Positions 51,201 to 60,986 of a stretch of 64,000 nucleotides of DNA are shown in pieces. The stretch's first letter is position 1, and every line of letters starts with the position of its first letter. Made by a program: the position numbers and the translations under genes. The stretch is from an uncultured Holophagales bacterium (GTDB lineage Bacteria; Acidobacteriota; Thermoanaerobaculia; Multivoradales; UBA5704), in NCBI GenBank assembly GCA_963842525.1, contig CAWJGT010000001.1:256001-320000 (forward strand), written 5' to 3'. The notes under the pieces were generated by a model. That model was not told the origin of the DNA and ran no database searches. It was given only the letters and a program-made list of their open reading frames with translations.

Positions 51201-53047
51201 TCTCCCACACCTTCGCGGCGCCCGGCACCTACAACGTGCGGCTGAGCATCCGGAAGCAGGGGACGGGCCCGACCTGTCTCTTCAACATCTGTATCGCCCA
51301 AACGACCAAGGCGGTCACCGTGACGTCGTCGACGCCCACGCCCACGCTGAACCCGGGCTACACGGTCGACGCCGCGGCGACCTGCGAGAACCAGTTCGGG
51401 TTCGAGATCTGCAGGACCGTGACCAACAAGGTCGTGACCTTAACCGCCAACGAGGCGGACGCGACCTACGCCTGGGACTTCGGAGACGGCAAGACCGGCA
51501 CCGGCCGGGTCGTCACCCACGCGTGGAGCGCCCCGGGCGCCTTCGGCGTATCGCTCAACGTCACCAAGGGCGGAGCGAGCGGCAGCTCGTCGAAGAACTT
51601 CAGCATCAGCGGCGACGTGGTCGGCGGCGGCAAGAAGACCGTCGTGCTGCCCTGGATCGCGCAGAGCCGGGGCCCGCTCACCCAGTCGAGCGACCTCTAC
51701 CTGCACAACCCGGGCAGCGCGGAGATCGAGGTCACCCTCGAGTTCCGCCAGCGCGGCCTCTCGGAAGCGAACCCGCCGCGGGTGAAGCGCACGATCCAGG
51801 CCGGCGCCACGCTGTTCGTGGCCGACGTGCTGCGCGACCTCTTCGACCGCGAGAATTACACGGGCTTCGTCAACGTCATCCTCGAGAAGGGGGTGGCCGA
51901 GCCGGTCATCACCTCGTTCAACACCACCTTCTCGAACGACGGCTCCGAGTTCGGCCAGAGCGTGGCAGGGATCTCGCTGAGCACCGCCGGCGGTGCAGCC
52001 AGCAGCGGCGCGCCGCCGAACAAGCAGTACCTGATCGGCCTCAACGACAACAGCGAGCGGGTGGCCTACTTCGGGGTCAGCAACCCGAACGACCAGCCCA
52101 CCACCTATAAGCTGAAGTTCTACGACAGCGACGGCAAGCCGGTGGGCAAGGGCGACTACCAGATCACGCTGTCCCGCTTCGGCCAGAAGCAGTACCAGCC
52201 GAAGGATCTGCGGACCCTGTTCGGCGTCCACGACGTCGACGACTTCCGGGTCGAGGTCGAGACCACGGCCGGCGGGAAGGTCTTCCCGTTCGGCGCCAGC
52301 ATCCGGGTCGGGTCGGAGGACCCCTCGTTCATCGGCACCGGCACGCAGGCCGACGCGAAGGTCTACCTCCTGGGCGCGTTGAGCACCAAGGGCCTCAACG
52401 AGAGCCTGTGGCAGACCGACCTGGTGATCTCCAACACGACCGGCGAGGTGATCCTCACCGAGCTCACCTTCACCGGCACCGGCGTCACGGCCGAGCCCAC
52501 GTCCCCGGTCAAGTTGACCTTGCAGCCGGGGGAGAGCCGGCGTCTGGCCAACGTGCTCGAGCAGTGGGGCCTCACCAAGGCGGTGGGCGTCCTCACGCTC
52601 GACAGCGACGCGTCGGGCGGCGTCTTCCCGCTCGTCCAGGGCGAGAGCTACGAGAACACCCAGCCGGCCAGGCGCTTCGGCCAGGCGATGGCGGCCCTCA
52701 CCGACCGGCAGGCCGCCGGCACCGGCAAGGGCCAATACCTGGTGGGCCTGCGCCAGAACGGGAAGCACCGCACCACCCTCTGGGTGTTCAATCCGGGCGA
52801 CCAGCCGGGCGACTACGACGTGATCTACCGCGGCCTCGACGGCAAGGAGCTCGGCCGGATCGCGACCAAGCTCGGCCCGGGCAAGCTGCGGCAGCTCAGC
52901 CCGAACCAGCACCCGCTGCCCAAGGCCGGCGTCGAAGGCGGCTTCACCGTCCAGGTCGTGGTCAAGAGCGGCAAGGTGCTGGCCTCGGCGCAGGTGATCA
53001 ACAACGTGACGAATGACCCCGCCTACATCCAGGGCGAGACGCGCTAG
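48203..53047 (+). CDS. Large secreted protein: LVIVD-like propeller, multiple PKD domains, four C-terminal beta-sandwich repeats
   Basis: Signal peptide; DVSNPASP repeats; WDFGDG/WNFGDN...HTF..PGTY PKD motifs; ~1614 aa. Confidence 0.88.
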   Translation: MADSSPFPRRPWSRLFAVALLALLGAAAVSSPLQAQQCDRTGCGRLSGACGGFFAKPAPQNRWTDLEAVDPSPLPVTRDSTKFNQSGQETTNIFDFFSWFMSVDVENGYLIGAIAHGIQIWDVRTNPSSPVLVSQYKGGWAAPAGNWPEWVNDPHVFYPLYDVDAPAGKDNVAAIVGEGGIGLTIFDLTDKSQPRLAYRSHKKDMRQVYAATIGGVDYAFGAAYQGEPSGGLYVYNMTAAKQYSLCTEAWPAAGEAVACPGVYVGKTGTLTNVYYVDGVDNFVVTSAGASRGFEILDVSNPASPQQKLKSLTTSSVYGVALWREGATYYLGAITDTSLRIYDVSCITGSCSGLGAPLATIPMQLSTREELLTFSRSGATPFLYVGSDDNCRGGSPQREFLFDVSNPASPRSLGGQSYFDWYYRGSATGFNRVAPRTAKFNNEYLYRAGLSILDIHKLRVAGPPTADFTHAPTEVYPGTPVQFTDTSTGGATGWTWTFPPQASVAASLVQNPANVTFSTTGPFPATLPVSLVVTNSAGTSAPALKTVKVLDPAPQVADTSVTPPSPYVCQPITFEAEATGKPNLSYAWTITRDGVTAPVKTGSGNPFTWSDTNAATPDDYTAVVEVTNGDNQKITAPATFVLNALPALPAEGAFEPVCTNCTAGSPPSGTALLTVNVPGATEWCWDFGDGTTFPAGCVTAGLIFGTFTSDPEKGPATSHVYTTTGAKAVKVYVKNCVNLVPRAGSLTVNITQTEPLVAGFHQVGLFCQALGCFGSVNQAITFEDSSTGAEVWDIDWNGDGFSVGTDNQLGLTASAFTNKRITHTYTSPGTYTPKLRVKRGLEVSDTYSHTPIIVSSSNPGPTASISVSGPGTGKVNTSYTFAASATGCTPNNSWSWGVSGGTIAGAADGASISVSWSSAGTKTVQASNSGCSGVQGSKPVSITTDDPGPGTGTLEAQFSWTPTTPKSGEAASFNGSASTGGPESYEWNFGDNTPNASGAIVSHTFAAPGTYNVRLSIRKQGTGPTCLFNICIAQTTKAVTVTSSTPTPTLNPGYTVDAAATCENQFGFEICRTVTNKVVTLTANEADATYAWDFGDGKTGTGRVVTHAWSAPGAFGVSLNVTKGGASGSSSKNFSISGDVVGGGKKTVVLPWIAQSRGPLTQSSDLYLHNPGSAEIEVTLEFRQRGLSEANPPRVKRTIQAGATLFVADVLRDLFDRENYTGFVNVILEKGVAEPVITSFNTTFSNDGSEFGQSVAGISLSTAGGAASSGAPPNKQYLIGLNDNSERVAYFGVSNPNDQPTTYKLKFYDSDGKPVGKGDYQITLSRFGQKQYQPKDLRTLFGVHDVDDFRVEVETTAGGKVFPFGASIRVGSEDPSFIGTGTQADAKVYLLGALSTKGLNESLWQTDLVISNTTGEVILTELTFTGTGVTAEPTSPVKLTLQPGESRRLANVLEQWGLTKAVGVLTLDSDASGGVFPLVQGESYENTQPARRFGQAMAALTDRQAAGTGKGQYLVGLRQNGKHRTTLWVFNPGDQPGDYDVIYRGLDGKELGRIATKLGPGKLRQLSPNQHPLPKAGVEGGFTVQVVVKSGKVLASAQVINNVTNDPAYIQGETR

Positions 53048-53066
53048 CGGCTCTCCCCGTTCTCCG

Positions 53067-54413
53067 ATGATCGAAAAGAGCCGCCGGTGGAGCCGGCGGC
53101 TCTTTTCTTTCCTGGCGCTGGCGCTGCTGGCGGCCGCGGCCTGCCAGCCCCGGTCCCAGGGTGAGCTGCCGGGCACCTCTGCGACCCCTGCGACCCCGGC
53201 AATCACCGCCGCTCCGCCGCAAACCGAGCCTTCCCAGGGAGACGCCTCGCAGGGCAAATGGCGCAAGGCGCGCCGGGCTCCCGGCCCGTCCGGTGCCGGC
53301 GAGCGGGCCGCCGATGTCAAGGCCCTTCCCTATCTCCAGGGCTACCGGCCCGCGGTGGACCGCCCCGAGGTCGTCGTGCACGACGCCTCGGCGGTCGCGC
53401 CCGGTCTCAACCTGGTTCTCTCGGGGCACGCCGCCGAGGCGGTGCTGATGGACCGGGACGGGCGGCGCCTGCATCGCTGGCGCCAGCCGCTGCGCCGGCT
53501 CTGGCCGGAGCTCGCCGCCGACCCTGACCTGGCGAAGCTCGAATACTGGCGCCGGGCCTGGCTGTTTCCCAACGGCGACCTGCTGGCCATTTACGAAGGG
53601 TTGGGCCTGGTCAAGGTGGACGCCCGCTCGCGGGTCCTCTGGGCGCGGCGCGGCGGCTTTCATCACGACCTGTTCGTCACCGCCTCCGGCGACGTCTGGG
53701 TGCTCGACCGGGAGGGGAAGGTCCTCCCCAGGATCAACCCGCACGAGGGGGTTCTGGAGGACTTCGTCACCGTGCTCGACGCGCAGGGGCGCACGAAGCG
53801 GCGGATCTCGATCGTGGCGGCTTTCGAGAGGTCGCGCTATGCCTCCCTCCTCAGCCGGATGCCGAAGAAGGGCGATATCTTCCATACCAACACCCTCGAG
53901 GTCCTGGACGGGCGCTTCGCGGAACGCAGCCCTGCCTTCCGCAAGGGGAACCTGCTCCTCTCGGTGCTCAAGCTGGACGCGATCGCGGTCCTCGATCCCG
54001 ACCGTGAAGAGGTGGTCTGGGCGCAGACGGGCATCTGGCGCCGGCAGCACCAACCGACCCTCGTCGGTCCTGGCGACCTGCTGCTCTTCGACAACGTCGG
54101 CGCCGGGCATGCCCGGTCGCGGGTCCTGGAGATCGATCCGCGGACCGGGGCGGTCCGCTGGCAATTCGGCGGCTCCCCCGAGGTGGATCTCTTCTCGAAG
54201 ACGCTCGGCTCCTGCCAGAGGCTGGCGAACGGCAATACGCTGATCACCGAGTCCGAGAACGGGCGCGCTCTGGAGGTCACTCCACAGGGAAGGGTGGTGT
54301 GGGAGCTCAACAACCCGCACCGGGCGGGGGAGCGCAAGGAGCTGGTGGCCGTGCTGTTCGAGGTGGTCCGCCTGCCCCTCGGCTTCCCCTTCCGCGGCCT
54401 GCCGGGCCGCTGA
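53067..54413 (+). CDS. Arylsulfotransferase (ASST)-family lipoprotein
   Basis: LLAAAA-C lipobox; FHHD, IFHTNTL, QHQP, LLFDN, CQRLANGNTLITES. Confidence 0.8.
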   Translation: MIEKSRRWSRRLFSFLALALLAAAACQPRSQGELPGTSATPATPAITAAPPQTEPSQGDASQGKWRKARRAPGPSGAGERAADVKALPYLQGYRPAVDRPEVVVHDASAVAPGLNLVLSGHAAEAVLMDRDGRRLHRWRQPLRRLWPELAADPDLAKLEYWRRAWLFPNGDLLAIYEGLGLVKVDARSRVLWARRGGFHHDLFVTASGDVWVLDREGKVLPRINPHEGVLEDFVTVLDAQGRTKRRISIVAAFERSRYASLLSRMPKKGDIFHTNTLEVLDGRFAERSPAFRKGNLLLSVLKLDAIAVLDPDREEVVWAQTGIWRRQHQPTLVGPGDLLLFDNVGAGHARSRVLEIDPRTGAVRWQFGGSPEVDLFSKTLGSCQRLANGNTLITESENGRALEVTPQGRVVWELNNPHRAGERKELVAVLFEVVRLPLGFPFRGLPGR

Positions 54414-54711
54414 AGCCTCCGGCGGCGGCATGAACATGGCAGGGGAGTTGCTTATTCCAGATCCGTCCCGAAAGACTTTCTTTCGGAGCCCGGGTTCATG
54501 TACACTCTTCCACCCAAGCTCGGCTTTTCCTGGATGCCGTCACTGGTCCGGGGGCAGCTCGACAAGGAGCTCCCCTCCGGCCTGCCTGGCAGCCACCGGG
54601 ATCACGCTCGTGCGAAAATTTGACCAGGAGGTGGTTTCCGTTCCGGAGAGGAGAGTTGTGAGCTGGTTTCTGCTTCCGTTCCCCAAACAACAGATGAGGA
54701 GAGAGACTTAC

Positions 54712-56053
54712 ATGAAGAAACTGGCAATTTGTCTCGCCCTGCTGGGGCTGCTGGCCTTCGGTGGCCAGGCGAACGCCATCATCGGCACGGTCGACGACGT
54801 GCCCGCAGCGACCCTGTTGCTGCCCTACTTCGAGGTCGACCTCGACAACGTCAACGGGGTCCAGACCCTGTTCTCCATCAACAACGCGTCCGCGACGGCG
54901 ATCCTCGCCCACATCGTGGTGTGGTCCGACCTGTCGGTGCCGGTGCTCGACTTCAACATCTATCTCACCGGCTACGACGTCGTCACCATCAACCTGCGCG
55001 ACATCTTCGTCCTCGGCGCGCTGCCGCGGACGGCGTCCGACGGGCAGGATCCGACCGATACCATCAGTCACCAGGGCATCTTCTCGCAGGACATCAACTT
55101 CGCGAGCTGCAACGGCTTCCTGCCGCCGCCGACCCTGCCGGATGACTTCATCCTGCACCTGCAGAACTCGCTGACCGGCCAGGCCTCCAACATCCTGCTG
55201 GTCGGCGGCAACCCCGGCTGCGCGGGCCAGCGGCTGAACGACCGGATCGCCCGCGGCTACATCACGGTCGACACGGTCAACGCCTGCAACCTCGACTTCC
55301 CCTTCACCCCGGGCTATTTCGTGAATGGCGGCGCCGGCACGGCGACGAACCAGAACGTGCTCTGGGGCGATTATTTCTACGTCAACAGCGGCCAGAACTT
55401 CGCCCAGGGCGAGACGCTGGTCCACGTCGAGGCGGCCCCCGGCACCGGCACGGTCGGTGGTGGTACCTACCCCATCAACCCGGAGACCACGACACCCGGC
55501 GAGTACACCTTCTACGGCCGCTACGTGGCGTGGAGCGCCGCGGACAACCGCGAGCCTCTGGCCACGAACTTCGCCGTGCGTTTCATCAACGGCGGCATCT
55601 TCAGCGGCGGCACCAGCATCCTGAGCTGGCGCGACTCGAAGGTCAACCAGGGCGCCTTCACCTGCCCGGCAGTGGCGGGCGTGCGTCCGGCCTGGTACCC
55701 GCTGGGCCAGGAACAGATCGTGATCTTCGACGAGGAGGAGAACCCCGAAGTCTCCGAGCACGCTGCCGGTTTCGCCGCCGCGTCCGGGCACTTCGCTGAT
55801 CCCCTTCCCGGCCGAGGCCAACCGCACGCGGGTCGACGGTCCGGCTCTGCCGGTGACGCCGAGCTTCGGCTGGCTGTTCCTCAACCTGAACCAGTCGAAC
55901 GCGGTCGCCGGCGCCAACCCGCCGGAGGATCCGCTGGCTGCCCAGGCCTGGGTGACGGCTGTGATGGATGCCGAGGGCCGGTTCAGCGTCGGCTTCGACG
56001 CCATCCAGCTCGACAACGCCACCAACGCCAATCACATCCTGATCGGCGACTGA
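54712..56053 (+). CDS. Secreted protein, paralog 2, +1 frameshift near 55750
   Basis: Near-identical to paralog 1; ORFs 54430..56115 and 55853..56053 join. Confidence 0.82.
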
Positions 56054-56066
56054 GTCGTTTCCTTCC

Positions 56067-56098
56067 GGGGGACCGGACACCGTCCGGTCCCCCCTTTT
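56067..56098 (+). terminator. Intrinsic terminator
   Basis: GGGGGACCGGAC acc GTCCGGTCCCCC CTTTT. Confidence 0.85.
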
Positions 56099-56220
56099 CT
56101 CTCCAGTTCGTGTAAACTCTCCTGCAAAGCTCGGTTTTCCTTGCGAGACCCTTCCGGAGCGTGCCGGACGGTCCCCTGCGAGCCCGTTCGGGGGTTTTCC
56201 CAATGCAAAGGGAGGTTTTC

Positions 56221-57598
56221 ATGAAACAGAAGCTGGCAGTCTGTCTTGTCCTGGCAGGCCTGTTGTTGTTGAGCGGGCAGGCCCAGGCCATCATCGGCAC
56301 GGTCGACGACGTGCCCGCAGCGACCTTGCTGCTGCCCTACTTCGAGGTCGATCTCGACAGCGTCAATGGGGTCCAGACCCTGTTCTCCATCAACAACGCG
56401 TCCGCGACGGCGGTCCTGGCTCACATCGTGATCTGGTCCGACCTGTCGGTGCCGGTGCTCGACTTCAACATCTATCTCACCGGCTACGACATCGTCACCA
56501 TCAACCTGCGCGACATCCTCGTCCTCGGCGCGCTGCCGCGGACGGCGTCCGACGGGCAGGATCCGACCGATACCATCAGTCACCAGGGCGCCTTCTCGCA
56601 GGACATCAACTTCGCGAGCTGCAACGGCTTCCTGCCGCCGCCGACCCTGCCGGATGACTTCATCCTGCACCTGCAGAACTCGCTGACCGGCCAGGCCTCC
56701 AACATCCTGCTGGTCGGCGGCAACCCTGGCTGCGCGGGCCAGCGGCTGAACGACCGGATCGCCCGCGGCTACATCACGGTCGACACGGTCAACGCCTGCA
56801 ATCTCGACTTCCCCTTCACCCCGGGCTACTTCGTCAACGGTGGCCAGGGCACGGCGACGAACCAGAACGTGCTCTGGGGCGATTATTTCTACGTGAACAG
56901 CGGCCAGAACTTCGCCCAGGGCGAGACGCTGGTCCACGTCGAGGCCTGCCCCGGGACCGGCACCGGCGGGACCGGGACGTACCCGTTGGCCACCTGCGCC
57001 GATGAGACCACGCTGCCCGGCGAGTACACCTTCTACGGCCGCTACGTGGCGTGGAGCGCCGCGGACAACCGCGAGCCTCTGGCGACGAACTTCGCCGTGC
57101 GCTTCATCAACGGCGGCATCTTCAGCGGCGGCACCAGCATCCTGAGCTGGCGCGACTCGAAGGTCAACCAGGGCGCCTTCACCTGCCCGGCAGTGGCGGG
57201 CGTGCGTCCGGCCTGGTACCCGTTGGGCCAGGAGCAGATCGTGATCTTCGACGAGGAGGAGAACCCCGAATCTCCGAGCACGCTGCCGGTTTCGCCGCCG
57301 CGTCCGGGCACTTCGTTGATCCCCTTCCCGGCCGAGGCCAACCGCACGCGGGTCGACGGTCCGGCTCTGCCGGTGACGCCGAGCTTCGGCTGGCTGTTCC
57401 TCAACCTGAACCAGTTCGAACGCGGTCGCCGGCGCCAACCCGCCGGAGGATCCGCTGGCTGCCCAGGCCTGGGTGACGGCTGTGATGGATGCCGAGGGCC
57501 GGTTCAGCGTCGGCTTCGACGCCATCCAGCTCGACAACGCCACTAATGCCAACCACATCCTGGTCGGTGGCGGCGGCGGCCCCGCCCCCGGCGACTGA
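56221..57598 (+). CDS. Secreted protein, paralog 3, +1 frameshift near 57416
   Basis: GGGAGG RBS; AACCAGTTCGAAC versus AACCAGTCGAAC in the other copies; corrected end NHILVGGGGGPAPGD*. Confidence 0.82.
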
Positions 57599-57610
57599 GC
57601 AGCTCTCTTC

Positions 57611-57636
57611 GGGGGACCGGCATCGTCCGGTCCCCC
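57611..57636 (+). terminator. Terminator-like hairpin related to the one after paralog 2
   Basis: GGGGGACCGG catcgt CCGGTCCCCC; weak U tract. Confidence 0.65.
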
Positions 57637-57692
57637 TCGCTCTTCCGCGGCCCCGATGGAAACGAATGGAACGGGGTAGAATCCGCAGCGGA

Positions 57693-58952
57693 ATGCCGGA
57701 CCTGGTCATCGAGGTCGAAAACCTCAGCAAGACCTATCGCGTCTATGCGTCTCCGTGGGACCGGCTGCGCGAGCTGCTGACGCGGCGGACGCGGCACCGG
57801 GAGTTCCGCGCCCTCGACGGCGTCGGCTTCACCCTGCCCAAAGGCGAGGGCCTCGCAGTCCTGGGCGAGAACGGCGCCGGCAAGAGCACCCTGCTCAAGA
57901 TCCTGGCCGGTGTCGCGGCCCCGACCGCGGGCTCCTTGCGGGTCGAGGGGAAGGTGGCCTCCATCCTCGAGCTGGGCTCGGGCTTCCACCCCGAGCTGAC
58001 CGGCCGCCAGAACATCGTCCTGAACGCGGCCATGCTGGGGCTGAGCGAGCCGGAGCTGCGGCGCAAGATGCCCGATATCGTGTCGTTCAGCGAGCTCGGG
58101 GAGTTCATCGACCAGCCGGTGAAGGTCTACTCGACCGGCATGGCGATGCGCCTCGGCTTTTCCATTGCCACCCAGATCGAGCCCGACGTGCTCATCATCG
58201 ACGAGGCGCTGTCGGTGGGCGACGGCTATTTCCAGAAGAAGTGCATGGACCGCCTGCTGCGGTTCGTGGACGGAGGCGGGACGCTGCTCTTCTGCTCGCA
58301 TGCGCTCTACTACGTTTCCGCCTTCTGCCAGCGTGCGCTCTGGCTGCGGCAGGGACAGGTAGCCGCGTTGGGTCCGACGGTCGAGGTGGTCCGCGAGTAC
58401 GAGAGCTTCCTGCTGGCCAAGAGCGCACAGGCCCGGGAGGCTCAAGCCGGGCAGGACGCGCCTGTGGGGCCGGCGCGGATCACCGGCGTGCGGCAGGTCG
58501 GCCGGGAGGGAGACGAGGGCGAGGCCGGCCACTACCCGCCGCACGAGCCGTTCGTCCTGGAGGTCGAGTGGGGATGTCAGGATCCGGCGCTGGCCTTCCA
58601 CCTCGCGGTCGGCATCGACCGGATCGACGACGTCCAGGTGCTGTCGTTCAGCAGCCGCCAGGAAGGCCTGGCTGCGGCCACTGGCCACCGCCAATACCGC
58701 GCGCGGCTCATGGTCCCGGAGCTGCCGCTCCTCAAGGGTTCCTTCACCGTCTACGTCTTCCTCCTGGACGAGAGCGCTTTGCACGTCTTCGACCGCCGGA
58801 TGCTGCGTGGCGCGCTGGTCATCGACAACCCGGAGTTCGTCGCCGGTCTGGTGCGCACCGGGCACCGCTGGGAGGTGGAGGCCTTGCGGCCCCCTGTCGG
58901 GCCTGAGGTCGAAGAGCCGTCCCTGCTCGTCAGCTCGAAGCCGTCACGATGA
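57693..58952 (+). CDS. wzt: Polysaccharide ABC exporter ATPase with C-terminal carbohydrate-binding domain
   Basis: GENGAGKST, GFHPELTGRQN, YSTGM..RLGF, IIDEALSVGD, plus Wzt_C-like extension. Confidence 0.92.
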   Translation: MPDLVIEVENLSKTYRVYASPWDRLRELLTRRTRHREFRALDGVGFTLPKGEGLAVLGENGAGKSTLLKILAGVAAPTAGSLRVEGKVASILELGSGFHPELTGRQNIVLNAAMLGLSEPELRRKMPDIVSFSELGEFIDQPVKVYSTGMAMRLGFSIATQIEPDVLIIDEALSVGDGYFQKKCMDRLLRFVDGGGTLLFCSHALYYVSAFCQRALWLRQGQVAALGPTVEVVREYESFLLAKSAQAREAQAGQDAPVGPARITGVRQVGREGDEGEAGHYPPHEPFVLEVEWGCQDPALAFHLAVGIDRIDDVQVLSFSSRQEGLAAATGHRQYRARLMVPELPLLKGSFTVYVFLLDESALHVFDRRMLRGALVIDNPEFVAGLVRTGHRWEVEALRPPVGPEVEEPSLLVSSKPSR

Positions 58953-59778
58953 CCTGTTCGAGCAGGCGCAGCGGCGGCTGCCTGCCGCTGGAGAGGGCCT
59001 CCAGGGCGCGCCGCCGGACGGCGAGCGGCGGCAGGGCCAGGAGCGCTTCCAGCGACCTGGTGCCGAGGTGGGGGAGCCAGGCGTCGGAGGCGCCGATCCG
59101 CGGGATCACCCGGCGCCGCCGGAAGCCCGCCTGCTTGAGGAGCCCGAGGATCTCGTGATGGGAGTATTCGCGCAGGTGGAGGCCCTGCGGCACGTCGGAG
59201 AAGTAGCGCGAGATGTCGTGCGGCCCCCAGAGGCGGTGCGGGGTCACGCAAAGGTACCGCCCGCCGGGGACCAGCAGCCGATGCATCTCCCGCAGGTGGA
59301 GCAGCGCGTCGTCCGGCCGCAGGTGCTCGATGAAATGGCAACTGAACGCCAGGTCCACACTGCCGTCCGGCAATGGATAGGGCGGCGCGTCGCTGACCAG
59401 GACCTCGAGGTTGCCGGCCTGCGGGACGATCTGTGCCGACGCTTCGACGGCGGTCGCACGGCGCACGCGCCGGCTCAGCTCGACGGCGAGCGCGCAGTCG
59501 CCGCCGCCGACTTCGAGGAAGCGCGTCTCCGGCCGCAGAAAGGGCTCGAGGAGCCGGAGCTGCAAGCCGACCAGCGCGGACTGGGCCGCCGGGTCGTCCT
59601 TCTGGGCCAGCGACGGATGATGCGGCACGCGGCGCAGGAACTCATCGTACACCGTGCTGTAGAGGCCGCGCGTCGCGCGCGCCTGAAGGAGCCGCTGCGC
59701 CAGCTCGCGCTCGACCTCGAGCTGCTCCCGCAGTTGGTCCATCGTCCGTGTTTCATGAGGAGGGACCGGGTGCGGCAT
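58930..59778 (-). CDS. Class I SAM-dependent methyltransferase
   Basis: FLEVGGG, YPLPDGSVDL, FIEHL, LVPGG. Confidence 0.85.
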   Translation of the reverse strand: MPHPVPPHETRTMDQLREQLEVERELAQRLLQARATRGLYSTVYDEFLRRVPHHPSLAQKDDPAAQSALVGLQLRLLEPFLRPETRFLEVGGGDCALAVELSRRVRRATAVEASAQIVPQAGNLEVLVSDAPPYPLPDGSVDLAFSCHFIEHLRPDDALLHLREMHRLLVPGGRYLCVTPHRLWGPHDISRYFSDVPQGLHLREYSHHEILGLLKQAGFRRRRVIPRIGASDAWLPHLGTRSLEALLALPPLAVRRRALEALSSGRQPPLRLLEQVIVTASS

Positions 59779-59814
59779 GGGCGGAAAGTCTAGCATCGGG
59801 GGAGGAACGAGCCG

Positions 59815-60903
59815 GTGCGCCTCGCGGTGATCCTGGTCGACTATCACACCCCCGGGTTGGCCGCTGCGGCGGTGGCGGCGCTACGGCGGGACCTGCCGGA
59901 CAGCGGCTTCGCGGCCGATGAGGTCGAATGGCTCCTGGTCGACAACGGCAGCGACGAGCCCGGCCGCGCCCTCCTCGACAGCCTGCCGGTTGAACGGATC
60001 GACCCCGGTGCCAATCTCGGCTATGCCGGCGGCGTCAACCTCGGGGTGGCGCGGTCCCGGGCCGATCTGATCCTCCTGATGAACCCGGACGTGCTCGTCC
60101 TGCCGGGCTGCGTGGCCGCTCTGGCTGCGGCTCTGCGCGACGGCGCCGCGGTCGCCGGGCCGCGCTTCTGGTGGGACGGAGACCGGCGGCTGGCGCTACC
60201 GCCGTCCGACGTGCGCAGCCGCCGCGACGAGTTGCTCGCCCTGCTCGCAACGCGCGGAGGGAGCTGGGCATCGCGGGCCCGCCGCCGCTGGCGCCGGCAT
60301 GCCCGCCGGCACTGGCAGGCCCGGGGACCGCTCCGGAGCTGGTCGCTGAGCGGCAGCCTCCTTGCACTCCCGCGTTCGACCTGGGACCGGGTCGGACCGT
60401 TCGACGCCGGATTTCCTCTGTACTTCGAGGAGACCGACTGGCTGCGGCGGGTCGAGGAGCAGGGCCTGCCGGCGGTCTACGTCCCGGCCGCGGAGGCGGT
60501 CCATCTCCATGCTCAAAGCTCGGTCCGGGAGCCGCGGTCGCAGGAGTGGTTCGAGGCCTCGGCCCGCCGCTTCCGCGAGAAGCACTATGGCGGCTGGTTC
60601 GCCGGCCTGCTGGAGGGGCTCGACCGGCGTCTTCCCCGGGCTCCGCAGGAGGCCCTTCCCGAAGCACCGGCCGCCGGGCTGGACCTCGCCGGCTTCCCGT
60701 TCCCTCTCTGGGTCGAGGTCTCGCCGAACCGCACGGGTTTCCCGGCCGCCGCCGAGCGGCTGGCCGCGGCGCCCGCGGCACCCTGGCGGCTGCCGGCGGA
60801 AGTCCTCGAACGGCTCCCGCCCGGCGAGCTGGTCCTCCAAGTCGTTGATGAGACGGGGCTGGAGCTGGACCGCCGGACGCTGCGCCGGCCGCGTAAGGTA
60901 TAG
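59815..60903 (+). CDS. GT2 glycosyltransferase
   Basis: LVDNGS, NLGYAGGVNLG, LMNPD, FPLYFEETD. Confidence 0.88.
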   Translation: MRLAVILVDYHTPGLAAAAVAALRRDLPDSGFAADEVEWLLVDNGSDEPGRALLDSLPVERIDPGANLGYAGGVNLGVARSRADLILLMNPDVLVLPGCVAALAAALRDGAAVAGPRFWWDGDRRLALPPSDVRSRRDELLALLATRGGSWASRARRRWRRHARRHWQARGPLRSWSLSGSLLALPRSTWDRVGPFDAGFPLYFEETDWLRRVEEQGLPAVYVPAAEAVHLHAQSSVREPRSQEWFEASARRFREKHYGGWFAGLLEGLDRRLPRAPQEALPEAPAAGLDLAGFPFPLWVEVSPNRTGFPAAAERLAAAPAAPWRLPAEVLERLPPGELVLQVVDETGLELDRRTLRRPRKV

Positions 60904-60986
60904 TCTCCCGTGGCGGCCCGGTCGGGTTGCACGCTTTGGACGCCCGGCGCGGCTCGCCCGTACACCGGAAGACCGGACCGATTTCC

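Noticed and set aside
48134-51301. 1055-aa antisense ORF and similar long shadow ORFs (e.g. 31369..33129, 31395..33752, 51440..53320)
   Set aside because: They overlap well-supported genes, are Arg/Gly/Ala-rich without motifs, and are expected in high-GC DNA.
46608-57598. Diversity-generating retroelement (TR/VR) among the paralogs
   Set aside because: No reverse transcriptase in the window; differences are loop indels and mixed substitutions, not adenine-specific.
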